From the NCBI GenBank assembly GCA_965223905.1, contig CBDCXV010000010.1:192001-256000 (forward strand): DNA of 64,000 nucleotides, in the 5' to 3' direction. Below the pieces are notes generated by a model, which saw only the letters and a program-made list of their open reading frames with translations, did not search any database and was not told the origin of the DNA. This stretch comes from Candidatus Latescibacterota bacterium. Lineage in GTDB: Bacteria > Latescibacterota > UBA2968 > UBA8231. This document shows positions 20,641-30,324 of the stretch, piece by piece (position 1 is the first letter of the stretch; every line of letters begins with the position of its first letter). A program made the position numbers and the translations under genes.

Positions 20641-21301
20641 TCAGGCGATCCGCTCCAGCATGTCCGCGGTCACCGGGTGCAGGGGGCTGCCGCCGTTCAG
20701 GTATGCCTCGATATCGTCGACCACCTGGCGGCCGATCTTCCAGTCCCTGCAGCCGGCGAGGTGGGAGTTGTACACCACATTCGAAAGCCGCCGCAGCGGA
20801 CTGCCCGCGGCGGCCGGCTCCGGATTCGAAACGTCGAGGAAGGCGAACAGCCGCCCCTTCGCCAGCTCGTCGGCGAGGGCCTTCTCATCGACGCACATCC
20901 CCCGGGAGGTGTTGATGAAGACGGCGGCGTCCTTCATCGCCCGGAACTGGGGCGCCCCCATCAGGTTCGCGGTCGCCGGCAGGGCCGGGGTATGCAGGGT
21001 CACGGCGTCGGACCGCGAGCAAAGCTCGACGAGATCGGAGACCGGCTCGACGCCGGTGCGGCGTCCCCCAGGAGCCGATCCCGACGTGACACTCCGACAG
21101 CAGGGCGACCGCTTCCGTCACCGTCAGGTTTTCGCCGGAGCCGGTCCAGGTGACGTCGGCCAACCCGTTCAGCCGCTCCTCGTCCGCGGGTCGAAACAGG
21201 TCCCGGCGCAGCCCAGCCGGTATGATCACGCCGACACACTTCGTCGGTTCGCCGACATACTTCGCCCCTCCGCCTACTGGCTTCGCCGGTCCGTCCATCA
21301 T
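20641..21301 (-). pseudogene. D-2-hydroxyacid dehydrogenase with an internal deletion and frameshift
   Basis: N-terminal ...GIGSWGTP joins out of frame at ~21060 to ...SDAVTLHTP...FINTSRG...LDV...HLAG; the NAD-binding GxGxxG region is absent. Confidence 0.7.
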
Positions 21302-22116
21302 CACACCCCGCAGTTTGCGGAAAACCCGCCGTCCACCGGGACGACCGCCCCGGTGACGAAGCTCGCCTGGTCGGACAACAGCCACAGGGCGGCGCCGACG
21401 ATCTCGAGCGGATCCCCGAAGCGCCCCATCGGCACGTTCCCGACCACGGTCTCGCCCCGCTCGGTCAACTGCTGCGTCTCTTCGTCGAGCAGCAGGAAGC
21501 GGTTCTGGTTGGTGATCATGAAACCGGGGGCGATGGCGTTGACGCGGATTTTCGGCGAGTAGGTCGTCGCCATGTGCACGGCGAGCCAGCGCGTGAAGCT
21601 GTCGGCCGCGGCCTTTCCGTTCGAATAGGCCAGGGCCCTGCCCAGGGGAAGCCCACCGCCGATCGAGGTGATGTTGACGACGGCTCCCTCCTGGTTCTGC
21701 GCGAACACCCGGCCGACTGCCTGGGACGGGATCACCCCGGTCAGGTAGTTGAGATCCATCACCTTCCTGACGTTCTCGGGGTCGATGTCGAAGAACTCCA
21801 GGTCCGGGGAGGTGGTCGTGGTGGGATGGCTGCCGCCGGCGCCGTTGACGAGCTGATGGACGGTCCCGAACCGCTCGAGGGTTTCCTCCAGCGCCGCGGC
21901 GACGCTCTCCCTCGACATGGCGTCGCACCGGACCGCCATCGCCTCACCCGCGGGCCCTTCTCCGTTTATCTCATCCGCCTTGTTCCGGGCCGCCTCCTCC
22001 GAGATGTCCCATATCGCCACCCTGGCGCCTGCCCCTGCGAGGGCGCGGGCGATCTCGCCGCCGATCGCTCCGCCGGCCCCGGTTGTCACGGCATTCTTTC
22101 CGCTGAAATCGAACAT
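21301..22116 (-). CDS. SDR oxidoreductase (D-mannonate oxidoreductase-like)
   Basis: TGAGGAIG, NGAGG, YSNGK, RVNAIAPGF..TNQNR. Confidence 0.85.
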   Translation of the reverse strand: MFDFSGKNAVTTGAGGAIGGEIARALAGAGARVAIWDISEEAARNKADEINGEGPAGEAMAVRCDAMSRESVAAALEETLERFGTVHQLVNGAGGSHPTTTTSPDLEFFDIDPENVRKVMDLNYLTGVIPSQAVGRVFAQNQEGAVVNITSIGGGLPLGRALAYSNGKAAADSFTRWLAVHMATTYSPKIRVNAIAPGFMITNQNRFLLLDEETQQLTERGETVVGNVPMGRFGDPLEIVGAALWLLSDQASFVTGAVVPVDGGFSANCGV

Positions 22117-22136
22117 TTCGGCTCCCTGCGTTGCGG

Positions 22137-23387
22137 CTACGGTGGGCTGTCGTCCCGGATCAGGAGTTGCGGCCACCCCGCCTTCGCCTTCTCCGCGTTC
22201 CCGGGATTCGGCCACTGCTTCGGCTCGGTTATCGCCGCCGGCTCCCCCGCTCTCCAGACCGCATCGGCCGCGAGGCGCCGGGAAACCCGCCGCGTCTGCC
22301 CCTGGCAGTCCTCCAGCTCGGCATCCACCTCGTTCAGGGAGAGCACCGCAACGTCCGCTTCCCGGCCGACTCCCAGGGTTCCGATGCGATCCTGCCAGCC
22401 TATCGCGGCCGCGGCATTCACCGTGGAGGCGCGGACCACCTCGATCAGCGGCATTCCCACATGAAGGAGCTTGGACATGACCGTGGGCAGGTCGTACCCG
22501 GGCCCCTCGCAGGTGAGGCTGTGCATGTCGGTGCTGACCGCGTCGGGCCAGAAATTCCGGGCCGCACAAATCTCGGCCACCGTCCAGTTGAACGCACCCA
22601 TTCCATGCCCGATATCGAACAGGACTCCGCGTTCGCGAGCCTCCGTGACGGAGGGGTGAATCGCGTGTGTGTCCGGGTCGATGATGGTGCTCTCATACCC
22701 GTGGTAGCAATGGGTGTACACGTCCCCGCGCCGCATATGTCCGGGGGCCTCTTCCACCGGCACGGTGGAGAAGCTGTGATGGACCATGAGCGGCGTGCCG
22801 GCAGCAGCGGCCGCCTCTCGCGCTTGCCGGTACGCCAGCGCTTCGTTGCGGCCGTTGTCGGCGATCGAGGCGGACAGGCGCACCTTGACGCCGACGAGGA
22901 GATCGCGATTCGCCTCGATGCAGGCGGCGCAATCTCCGGCATGGATGAACTTCGGCGATTCAAGCTCCCCGGCCGCGTCCCTGTCCGTAGCCCCGCCGAC
23001 GGCGAGGCCGGCCCGCGATATGTTGAGAAACGCCAGAACCCGGGTGCGGAAGCGCTCCACCGAGAAGGCCCGGAAGCCGGGGAAGGTGTCGCAGCCGGCG
23101 CTGCCGGTGTCGATGGCCGTGGTGACCCCGCGTCCGAGACAGTAGTGATCGGCGTCGATACCGAGCGGGGTCACCAGGTCGTAGGTGTGGGCGTGCAGAT
23201 CGACGAGCCCCGGAGTCACGAGCTTGCCGCCGGCATCGTAGGTGTTGCGGGCGGAGCCGCTGTCCAGGTTCGCATCGACCGCGGCGATCCTTCCATTTGA
23301 GACCGCCACATCGAAGGGGCCGTCCAACCCGTTGGCCGGGTCGATCACCCGCCCGCCCCGAATCAACCAGTCCCAGTCCCGGCTCAT
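22137..23387 (-). CDS. Amidohydrolase/deacetylase family metallohydrolase (dihydroorotase-like)
   Basis: PGLVDLHAH, GVKVR, MVHH, THCY, DIGHG, STD. Confidence 0.85.
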   Translation of the reverse strand: MSRDWDWLIRGGRVIDPANGLDGPFDVAVSNGRIAAVDANLDSGSARNTYDAGGKLVTPGLVDLHAHTYDLVTPLGIDADHYCLGRGVTTAIDTGSAGCDTFPGFRAFSVERFRTRVLAFLNISRAGLAVGGATDRDAAGELESPKFIHAGDCAACIEANRDLLVGVKVRLSASIADNGRNEALAYRQAREAAAAAGTPLMVHHSFSTVPVEEAPGHMRRGDVYTHCYHGYESTIIDPDTHAIHPSVTEARERGVLFDIGHGMGAFNWTVAEICAARNFWPDAVSTDMHSLTCEGPGYDLPTVMSKLLHVGMPLIEVVRASTVNAAAAIGWQDRIGTLGVGREADVAVLSLNEVDAELEDCQGQTRRVSRRLAADAVWRAGEPAAITEPKQWPNPGNAEKAKAGWPQLLIRDDSPP

Positions 23388-24514
23388 TGCAGTGTCCAGC
23401 GAATGGCGTAGAAGTCGGTGGCGTCCCTGACGTCATCCCAGGTCCGGCCTTCGCTGGAGCCGGCCACCGTGACGATGGTGCCGTCCTCCGGAGCGGCGCT
23501 CGCCGCGTAGCTGCCGGTGAAGTTGGTGGCGTCGAGGTAGTAGACCTCGTCCTCCCAGGTCCTGCCCCCGTCGCGGCTGACCATCCCCCTGCTGCCCGGC
23601 GGCCCCGGGCCGTAGCGGGTGTCGTGAACGACGAGGACCGAATTGTCCCCGAGCGCCACCGGGTGGCCCCGCGTCTGTCCGAAACGGGTCACCAGCAGCC
23701 GCGGGTTCGTCCAGGAACGGCCGCCATCGTCGGAATCGACGAGGCAGACGTGTTTGTACGGCCACCCGGCCATGCCGCGGTTCCGCTGTTCGAGGTCGGC
23801 CGGATCGCCGGGCAGGGTGGGCCGCTGATAGCGGATCGCGGCCAGGAGCCTGCCCGACGGCGTGAGCGTCACCCCACCTTCGCTGAACCAGTCGTGCACG
23901 CGCGCCGGATGCGACCAGGTCAGGCCTTCGTCGCCGGAGCGATACGCGAACTGGGCGCCGCTCCCGGAGATGAGCACCAACCTGCCGTCTCCCTGCTCCT
24001 CGAAGACGTGATCGGAGCGGCCGACTCCGGCCAGCAGCGTTCCGTCTGGGAGTCTGTGGATCCAGCAGGCGCCACCGGAGCATCCGGGCGGGTTGTCGAT
24101 GGCCGACATCGTTTCGATGGTCCGGCCCTCGTCCTCCGACCGGCAGACGATCACGCGAGCCGGGTCTCCCCCCTCCGTCGACAGCCCGACGAGGGCGCCG
24201 CCGGGAAGCAGTTCGAACAGCCCGAGCCCCTCCGCTTTCCCGTGGGCACTCCAGGACCTGCCGCTGTCCGTGCTCTTGCAGATAGTGTGCCGCCGACGGC
24301 TGTAGAGAGTGCCGTCCGGGGCCCGCTTGAGGTCGACGGACTGCGGGCTTGTGTTGGTTTCGCGGGGAAGCAGGACTTTCTCGGCCGGCACCTCCTTGAG
24401 CTCGCCGCCGCGGGCGTGGAGGATGTACGGACTCCCGTGCATCTCCCGCAGCCTTTCGGCCGAGGGGACGTCGACGCCGCCGAGCCGTTCCGTGTCGCGG
24501 TTCGCCTGTTTCAT
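23384..24514 (-). CDS. Sialidase-family (BNR/Asp-box) protein
   Basis: Repeated SxDxGxxW boxes (STDSGRSW, SGDEGLTW, SDDGGRSW, SRDGGRTW). Confidence 0.8.
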   Translation of the reverse strand: MKQANRDTERLGGVDVPSAERLREMHGSPYILHARGGELKEVPAEKVLLPRETNTSPQSVDLKRAPDGTLYSRRRHTICKSTDSGRSWSAHGKAEGLGLFELLPGGALVGLSTEGGDPARVIVCRSEDEGRTIETMSAIDNPPGCSGGACWIHRLPDGTLLAGVGRSDHVFEEQGDGRLVLISGSGAQFAYRSGDEGLTWSHPARVHDWFSEGGVTLTPSGRLLAAIRYQRPTLPGDPADLEQRNRGMAGWPYKHVCLVDSDDGGRSWTNPRLLVTRFGQTRGHPVALGDNSVLVVHDTRYGPGPPGSRGMVSRDGGRTWEDEVYYLDATNFTGSYAASAAPEDGTIVTVAGSSEGRTWDDVRDATDFYAIRWTLQ

Positions 24515-24769
24515 TCGGGCTCCCTTGGTGTCCTGTCCCCCTGAATTTAGTTCAAAAAGAGCGACAAGAGCCTTACCGAGGAGGAGATTTCCATCGCGAT
24601 CGGGTAACCCTGGAGGGGGTCGAAATCCGCCGGGACTCGAGCAGGCGGCAACCGGGAACGAGCGGGTTTGCCCTCGCTTTCTGTTCCTCCCAAAAAGGCA
24701 ACGGTCCGTGGGGCTGTCGACCCGCCCGGATTCGCGATCGCAGTCTTTCGCCGAGGGGGGAGGCGATTC

Positions 24770-25019
24770 GGCCAACACCCTCGGACAGGCCAGGATGCAG
24801 ACCGGGGATCTGGACAGGGCCGAGAAGCTGGTGCGGCAGGCGTTCGACCTGGATCCCACCACCGTGCAGGTGGTTTACAATCTCGCCCTGATCTTCCACT
24901 ACCAGGGGAGATTGGACGCAACGATTCGCCTGCTGCAGACCAGGGAGGACATCGACGCTCATCCACCTACAGCGCGCCTGGTGGAAAGCCGCAAGCGCCT
25001 GAATGCTCCGGTTCGGTGA
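24770..25019 (+). pseudogene. TPR-protein fragment
   Basis: LGQARMQTGDLDRAEKLVRQAFDLDP...YNLALIFHYQGRLD; no convincing start. Confidence 0.5.
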
Positions 25020-25120
25020 GCGCGCCCCGCCAGAACGGACGGACCGGCTGGCCGGCCACATGCTCATGGCCGCCAGGCCGAGGATAGTGATGACGAGCGC
25101 CGGCAGCGTCCAGGACCGCC

Positions 25121-25939
25121 TCATTCCACAACTGCGTAGTCCGTTCCGGTCAATTCATGCAATGCCTGACGCGCTGCCTGATGGTCGGGTCCGTCGTTCC
25201 GCTCGAGCAGTTCCACCAGGTCCTTTACCGCTGAGGCGTCGCCGATCATCCCCAGGGCTCGCGCCGCCTCGGCGCGCACCCAGACGCTGGTGTCGCGGAG
25301 CGCCGAGCGCAGCAGGTCCCGAGCCTGCAACGTCCGGTGGGCCCCAAGTGCCTGCGCCGCGATGAAGCGCACGGTTTCATCCGGATCCTCCAGCGATCGA
25401 GCAACGGCGGCACTGGCATCGGCAGTCCAGAGTCGATTCAGCGCCGCCACCACATTCTGCCGCACGACAGGAGCGGGATCGTCGAGGGCGGTGACCAGCG
25501 GGGCTACGGCCACCGTGTCGAGCAGATTTCCCATGGCTTCCGCGGCGGCGGCGCGAGCCGCGGCCGACGAGTCGCCAGCCAGGACCGCAACCAGACCGGT
25601 GATGGGAGCCGGATCACCCATCCTGCCCAGGGCGAGGATGGCCTCGCGGCGCACGTAGTCGTTCGGGGAGTGGGTGAGTTGCTGCAGGAACGGGATCGCC
25701 CGCCTGTCCCCGATGCGGCCGAGGATCTGCGCGGCGATGTAGCGCAGGCTGTCGGAGCCGGAGGCGGCGCGGAGGACAAGAGGCTCGACCGCGGCGCTGC
25801 CGGCCGATAACAGGTCGTAACTGGCGCCTTGGCGAACGCGGCGGTCGGGATGGGAAAGGCGGTCGATCGTTTCGCTCGGATCCGGACTGCCGCAGCCCAG
25901 CAAGACGGTCGGCAACAGGACCAGGGGAATCAATGGCAT
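25121..25939 (-). CDS. HEAT-repeat lipoprotein
   Basis: Lipobox LLGC; repeated D..VR..AA.ALG units. Confidence 0.85.
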   Translation of the reverse strand: MPLIPLVLLPTVLLGCGSPDPSETIDRLSHPDRRVRQGASYDLLSAGSAAVEPLVLRAASGSDSLRYIAAQILGRIGDRRAIPFLQQLTHSPNDYVRREAILALGRMGDPAPITGLVAVLAGDSSAAARAAAAEAMGNLLDTVAVAPLVTALDDPAPVVRQNVVAALNRLWTADASAAVARSLEDPDETVRFIAAQALGAHRTLQARDLLRSALRDTSVWVRAEAARALGMIGDASAVKDLVELLERNDGPDHQAARQALHELTGTDYAVVE

Positions 25940-26029
25940 GAAACGGCGCCGGGAAGGGTTGCTGCCGCTGGATCGCCGCCTCCAGCAACCCGGGATGGGG
26001 GAAGTCGACGGGGTACGGTGGTTTCCAGC

Positions 26030-26197
26030 GGCGCTGTGAGAATTTGCAGGATTTCGGAGAGACTGCGGTCGACTTGCAGCTGCTTCTTCACGATGGCCAC
26101 GAACACGTACCTGCTGATGGCGATCCAGATCTGAGTCTTTACCGCGTTCTCGGAGGTACCGAAGAATGCCTTGATGCGCAGGTGCTGCTTGATCCAA
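26030..26197 (-). mobile_element. IS4-family transposase C-terminal remnant
   Basis: Minus strand reads WIKQHLRIKAFFGTSENAVKTQIWIAI...SLSEILQIL. Confidence 0.8.
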
Positions 26198-26362
26198 ATG
26201 CTGTAACATCAACGATGTTAATGCCTTACGGAAAAATCTTCAGACAACAACGGGACACTGCTGGCATCGTCATTTCTGATCTCCCTTCGATGGAGCACGT
26301 CTGCGATAGTCTACCGGTGCGACTCGATGGGCGGAAGAATGGCCAGGATATGAACGGGACAC

Positions 26363-27145
26363 CTACACGCAGCCGGGAAACGAGCGGCCCCGCACCTGGC
26401 GATAGGGGGGCACCCTGGGGGCGTCGGTGACCGACTCGTCCCTTACCGTGGTCGCCCGCATGTAGTGCACGGCGTAGCCGCGCCGGCGCGCCGCCGAACT
26501 GTTGGCGCCGCTGCGGTGCAGGGTGAGGCTGTGGTGAAAGCTGATGCTGCCCGGCTCGAGGGGAGCCGGAACGATCGGCCAGGGATCGCGCCCGAGAAGG
26601 GGGATGTGCGGGGCCAGCTGCTCCCGCTTCATCATGCCCCAGCGATGGGTGCCGGCGGCGAACTCGAGGCAGCCGTTCTCCCGGGTCGCCGCGTCGATGG
26701 CGGTCCAGGCGGTTACCAGGTCCATCGGGAAGAGGTCGCGCCAGGAGGCGGAGTCCTGGTGCCAGGGCTGCGCGCTGCCGGTCTCCGGCCCCTTCATGAA
26801 CAGCTGGTCGGCGTACATCTTGATGTCGCCGGTTCCCAGCAGGTCGGCGGCGATGTCGACGATCCTGTCGTTGGTCGCGTGAGCCCACAGGAAGTCGTCG
26901 TACACGGCGATGTTGTAGAGCTTGCGCACCGCCAGCACCTGGTCGCAGACCTCCCTCTTCCCCTCGCGGAAAACCGGCTCGAGCTGGATGCTGGAATCGG
27001 GAATGTGCGCGGCATTCCCCGAGGCGATCAGGTCGGTCCGTTCCGCCAGCAGGGCGGTTTCCGCGGCCGACAACACGTCCTCGACGACGAGGAAGCCGTC
27101 GCGCCGGAAGGAATCGACCTGCTGCTGCGTCAGACGGCGCGGCAT
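26363..27145 (-). CDS. PhyH-family dioxygenase
   Basis: FRRDGFLVV, QPWHQD, LTLHRSGAN. Confidence 0.9.
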   Translation of the reverse strand: MPRRLTQQQVDSFRRDGFLVVEDVLSAAETALLAERTDLIASGNAAHIPDSSIQLEPVFREGKREVCDQVLAVRKLYNIAVYDDFLWAHATNDRIVDIAADLLGTGDIKMYADQLFMKGPETGSAQPWHQDSASWRDLFPMDLVTAWTAIDAATRENGCLEFAAGTHRWGMMKREQLAPHIPLLGRDPWPIVPAPLEPGSISFHHSLTLHRSGANSSAARRRGYAVHYMRATTVRDESVTDAPRVPPYRQVRGRSFPGCV

Positions 27146-27155
27146 TGCCCCAACC

Positions 27156-28418
27156 TCACTTGACGTCGTACACGAGGGCAGGCGTGTCGTGGAAGGCGGC
27201 CTGGGCAACCTCGAGCGCGTGCGACTCGCTCAGCAGGCCCTCCTCGATCATCTCGGACAGGGCGACGGCGAAGTTCCGGCGCGCCATCTTGAGATGGCCG
27301 TACACCACCTCGGCGTGCATGACGTCGTCTCCGAAGGCGATGATCTTGTTGCTCGGCACCATGCGCAGCCACTCCTTGAGGTCGTGCCGGGAACCCTGGG
27401 GCGAGATGATGTGAATCCAGGACATGTTGAGAAAGCAGTTGGGGAAGGTCTTGCCGAGCACCGCCCCTTCCCGCAGGTAGGGGTAGCCGGCGTGCGAGAG
27501 GTCGAAGCGGGCCTCGGGAAAGCTGCGCATCAGCTCGGTGAGGCCCGCCGGGCTGCAGCCCTCCATGCCGCCGAAGTTGCCGGCCCGCATCCCCATGTGA
27601 AACTGGATCGTCAGGCCGGACTCGGCCGCGGCGCGGCAGCACTCGAAGACGAGGTAATCCTCCAGCACGATACCTTCGGGGGTATTGAGTCCGTTGTACT
27701 CCCCGCGCAGGAGCCGGTCGTACACCGCGGCTGCGTCCTCCCGACTGCGCTCGGTGAAATCCATTGCCCGGTGATACGACTGCGACAGCTTGATGCCCGC
27801 CACCACCGCGGCCTTCCAGTCGCCGCACACCTGGCGGATGACGGAGACGTGGTCGTCGAGACTGCCGATGTCGGCCTCGTAGTCCCGCTCGATCGCCTCG
27901 ACGTCGGCGGCCGAGTTCAGCATGCTGAAGCGGTTGAGGCGCGGCAGCCCGAGAAAGAACTCGCGGTCGACCTCGACGAGGTCGTTCATGTTGACGACGG
28001 AGAGCTCGATGTTCGCCCGCGTTTTCAGCACCTCCCGGTACAGCCCCGGCCTGTTGCGGCGCTCCAGCTCCCTTGAGATCCCCTCGACCGTACCGGGGCC
28101 GAGCTCGTCGAAACCGAGCAGGTCGCGGATCCCCTCGGAAATCGCCTGCGAGTACCCGGTGAGCCGGATCGATTTCCACCAGGGCTCGAAGATCTGCCAG
28201 CGCTCCCCCATCGGCCGGCCCGGCTTCAGGGCGGCATCCATCGCCTCTTCGGGCATTCCTGCCGAGCGCAGGTCGGCGCCGGGGTAGGCGTGGCTGAAGA
28301 ATTCGAGGATGTCGGGATTCGCTTTCAGGCGCTCGGCTTCCGGCATCAGGTGGGAGTGCGAGTTTATGCACGGGATGCGGCTGATTTCCTCGAACAGCTG
28401 GTCGGCGAGCGGGTTCAT
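27156..28418 (-). CDS. Amidohydrolase_2 family protein
   Basis: NSHSH, QFHMG, SHAGYPY, FGDD; start ATG 28418. Confidence 0.8.
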   Translation of the reverse strand: MNPLADQLFEEISRIPCINSHSHLMPEAERLKANPDILEFFSHAYPGADLRSAGMPEEAMDAALKPGRPMGERWQIFEPWWKSIRLTGYSQAISEGIRDLLGFDELGPGTVEGISRELERRNRPGLYREVLKTRANIELSVVNMNDLVEVDREFFLGLPRLNRFSMLNSAADVEAIERDYEADIGSLDDHVSVIRQVCGDWKAAVVAGIKLSQSYHRAMDFTERSREDAAAVYDRLLRGEYNGLNTPEGIVLEDYLVFECCRAAAESGLTIQFHMGMRAGNFGGMEGCSPAGLTELMRSFPEARFDLSHAGYPYLREGAVLGKTFPNCFLNMSWIHIISPQGSRHDLKEWLRMVPSNKIIAFGDDVMHAEVVYGHLKMARRNFAVALSEMIEEGLLSESHALEVAQAAFHDTPALVYDVK

Positions 28419-28687
28419 GCTGTCTCCGGTGAGTCTGTCCTGCTCCTTGGCGTGGCTTTCAGGGAATGTAGGAAGATCGGTTGCGGCCATCGACCCGGGA
28501 TTTCGAAGAATTCGGACAGGTGAAGCGAGATCGACAATCGCCACGATCCCGGATTCGACCATTATTGCCAACCGCGTGTAGCGGTTCCGTTTGTATGCAA
28601 TGGTGCTCTCCGACGCCGGGAAGTTCGTTTTTGCGGGAGAAATGGCTGCATGGGGGTCCATGGATTACCCCTCCATAGCCCGGGTGA

Positions 28688-28773
28688 TTTCATTTGTCCG
28701 GTTGTTTCCGTTTTATTTGACCGGTTGTTTTCGTTTCATTTGACCGGTTAAACCTGTTTCATTTGACCGGTCG
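28688..28773 (+). repeat. Four tandem copies of a 23-bp AT-rich unit (tttcatttgaccggt core)
   Basis: Units start at 28688, 28711, 28734 and 28757. Confidence 0.85.
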
Positions 28774-28800
28774 ACCTGCTCGGATGAAGGGAAGGCCATC

Positions 28801-30057
28801 ATGCAGAGCGCATATATCCCGCGAATCGGGGACCGGGAGCTTGCCCGCCGACTGGAGTCCGCCGGCGCCGTGCTGATCGAGGGTCCCAGGGCCTGCGGCA
28901 AGACCGCCATGGCCCGAGAGGTAGCGGCCAGCGAGGTGTTGCTCGACGTCGACGAGAACGCGCGGCGCGCCGCCGCCGTCGATCCGTCCCTGGTATTGGC
29001 CGGGGACAGCCCGCGGCTGATCGACGAATGGCAGATCGAGCCGGGGCTGTGGAACCACGTCCGGCGGGCGGTCGACAGAGGCACGAAACGCGGGCAGTTC
29101 ATCCTGACCGGTTCGGCAGCCCCGGCGGACGACATCACCCGCCATACCGGGGCAGGGCGCATCTCCCGGCTCCGGTTGCACACCATGACCCTGCTGGAAA
29201 TCGGTAATTCCACGGGCGAGGTCTCCCTGCAGAACCTGTTGCAGGGTGGATTCGAGAGCTGCCAGAACCCCGGCCTGTCCTTGCAGGAGGCCGCGGTGCA
29301 GCTGTGCCGAGGGGGTTGGCCAGGCGACCTGGAGCGTTCCGATGCGGCATGCCAGGGCGCCCGCATCGACTACCTCGAGGAGATCCGCCGCGCCGACATC
29401 TCCCGCCCCGATGGAGTCCGGCGCGACCCGGAGAACGTCGGCAGGGTGCTGCGCTCGCTGGCGCGGAACCTGGCGACCCCGGCCAGCGTCCGCACCATCG
29501 CCGCCGATGCCGGTGGCGACCGCGGCCCCCTCGACGTCGACACGGTGAGCGGCTACCTCGACGCCTTGCGCCGCCTGATGGTCTACGAAGAGCAGTCTTC
29601 CTGGTCGCCCCACCTGCGCTCGCGGTCGCTGCTGCGCCGGGCGCCGAAGCGGCATTTCGTCGACCCGTCCCTGGCCGCGGCCGCTCTCGGCGCGACTCCC
29701 GAGCGGCTGCTGGCGGATCTCGAGCTGCTCGGTCTGCTGTTCGAGTCGCTGGCCCACCGCGAGCTCTCCGTGTACGCCCGGGCCTGCGGCGCCTCGGTGT
29801 ATCACTACCGGGACAACACCGGTCTCGAAGTGGATGCAATAGTGGAAACCCCCGGGGGCGACTGGTGCGCCTTCGAGGTAAAACTGGGGGGCGGGCAGAT
29901 CGACGCTGCGGCAGCAGCCCTGCTGAAATTCCGCGACCGCGTGGACGCGGAGAAGACCGGAGTGCCGCAAACCCTCGGGGTGATCGTGAGTTCCGGGTAC
30001 GGGTACCTTCGCGACGACGGAGTGGCCGTAATACCGATCGCCGCCCTGGGACCATGA
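28801..30057 (+). CDS. AAA+ ATPase with C-terminal DUF4143 (restriction-endonuclease-like) domain
   Basis: GPRACGKT Walker A, LIDEWQ, ILTGS, PKRHFVDPSL, YRD..GLEVDAI...FEVK. Confidence 0.9.
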   Translation: MQSAYIPRIGDRELARRLESAGAVLIEGPRACGKTAMAREVAASEVLLDVDENARRAAAVDPSLVLAGDSPRLIDEWQIEPGLWNHVRRAVDRGTKRGQFILTGSAAPADDITRHTGAGRISRLRLHTMTLLEIGNSTGEVSLQNLLQGGFESCQNPGLSLQEAAVQLCRGGWPGDLERSDAACQGARIDYLEEIRRADISRPDGVRRDPENVGRVLRSLARNLATPASVRTIAADAGGDRGPLDVDTVSGYLDALRRLMVYEEQSSWSPHLRSRSLLRRAPKRHFVDPSLAAAALGATPERLLADLELLGLLFESLAHRELSVYARACGASVYHYRDNTGLEVDAIVETPGGDWCAFEVKLGGGQIDAAAAALLKFRDRVDAEKTGVPQTLGVIVSSGYGYLRDDGVAVIPIAALGP

Positions 30058-30324
30058 TACGGCAACCGACCGGGATTCTCCCTGCGGGACTTCGGCAGGA
30101 TGGAGGTCGGCCTCGGACCGGTGTCCGATCCTGTCGATTTCACAGGGTGGGCCGGGGGGGTGCGCGTGAGGACCAGGCAGGCGGGAGGGTACGGCAGAAC
30201 CCGGAAACCGTCGGCAAGGCTGCTGCTCTCACTGATGTAACTACCGGCCGAGTCCGCCTTACTGCGGGGGCTGCCCCGGAGATGGACCTGGACGGATACC
30301 GGCAACAGGTGAGATTTTTGGCTC

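Noticed and set aside
28688-28773. 23-bp periodic repeats as a CRISPR array
   Set aside because: The variable parts are only ~8 bp, there are no spacer-length unique sequences, and no cas genes.
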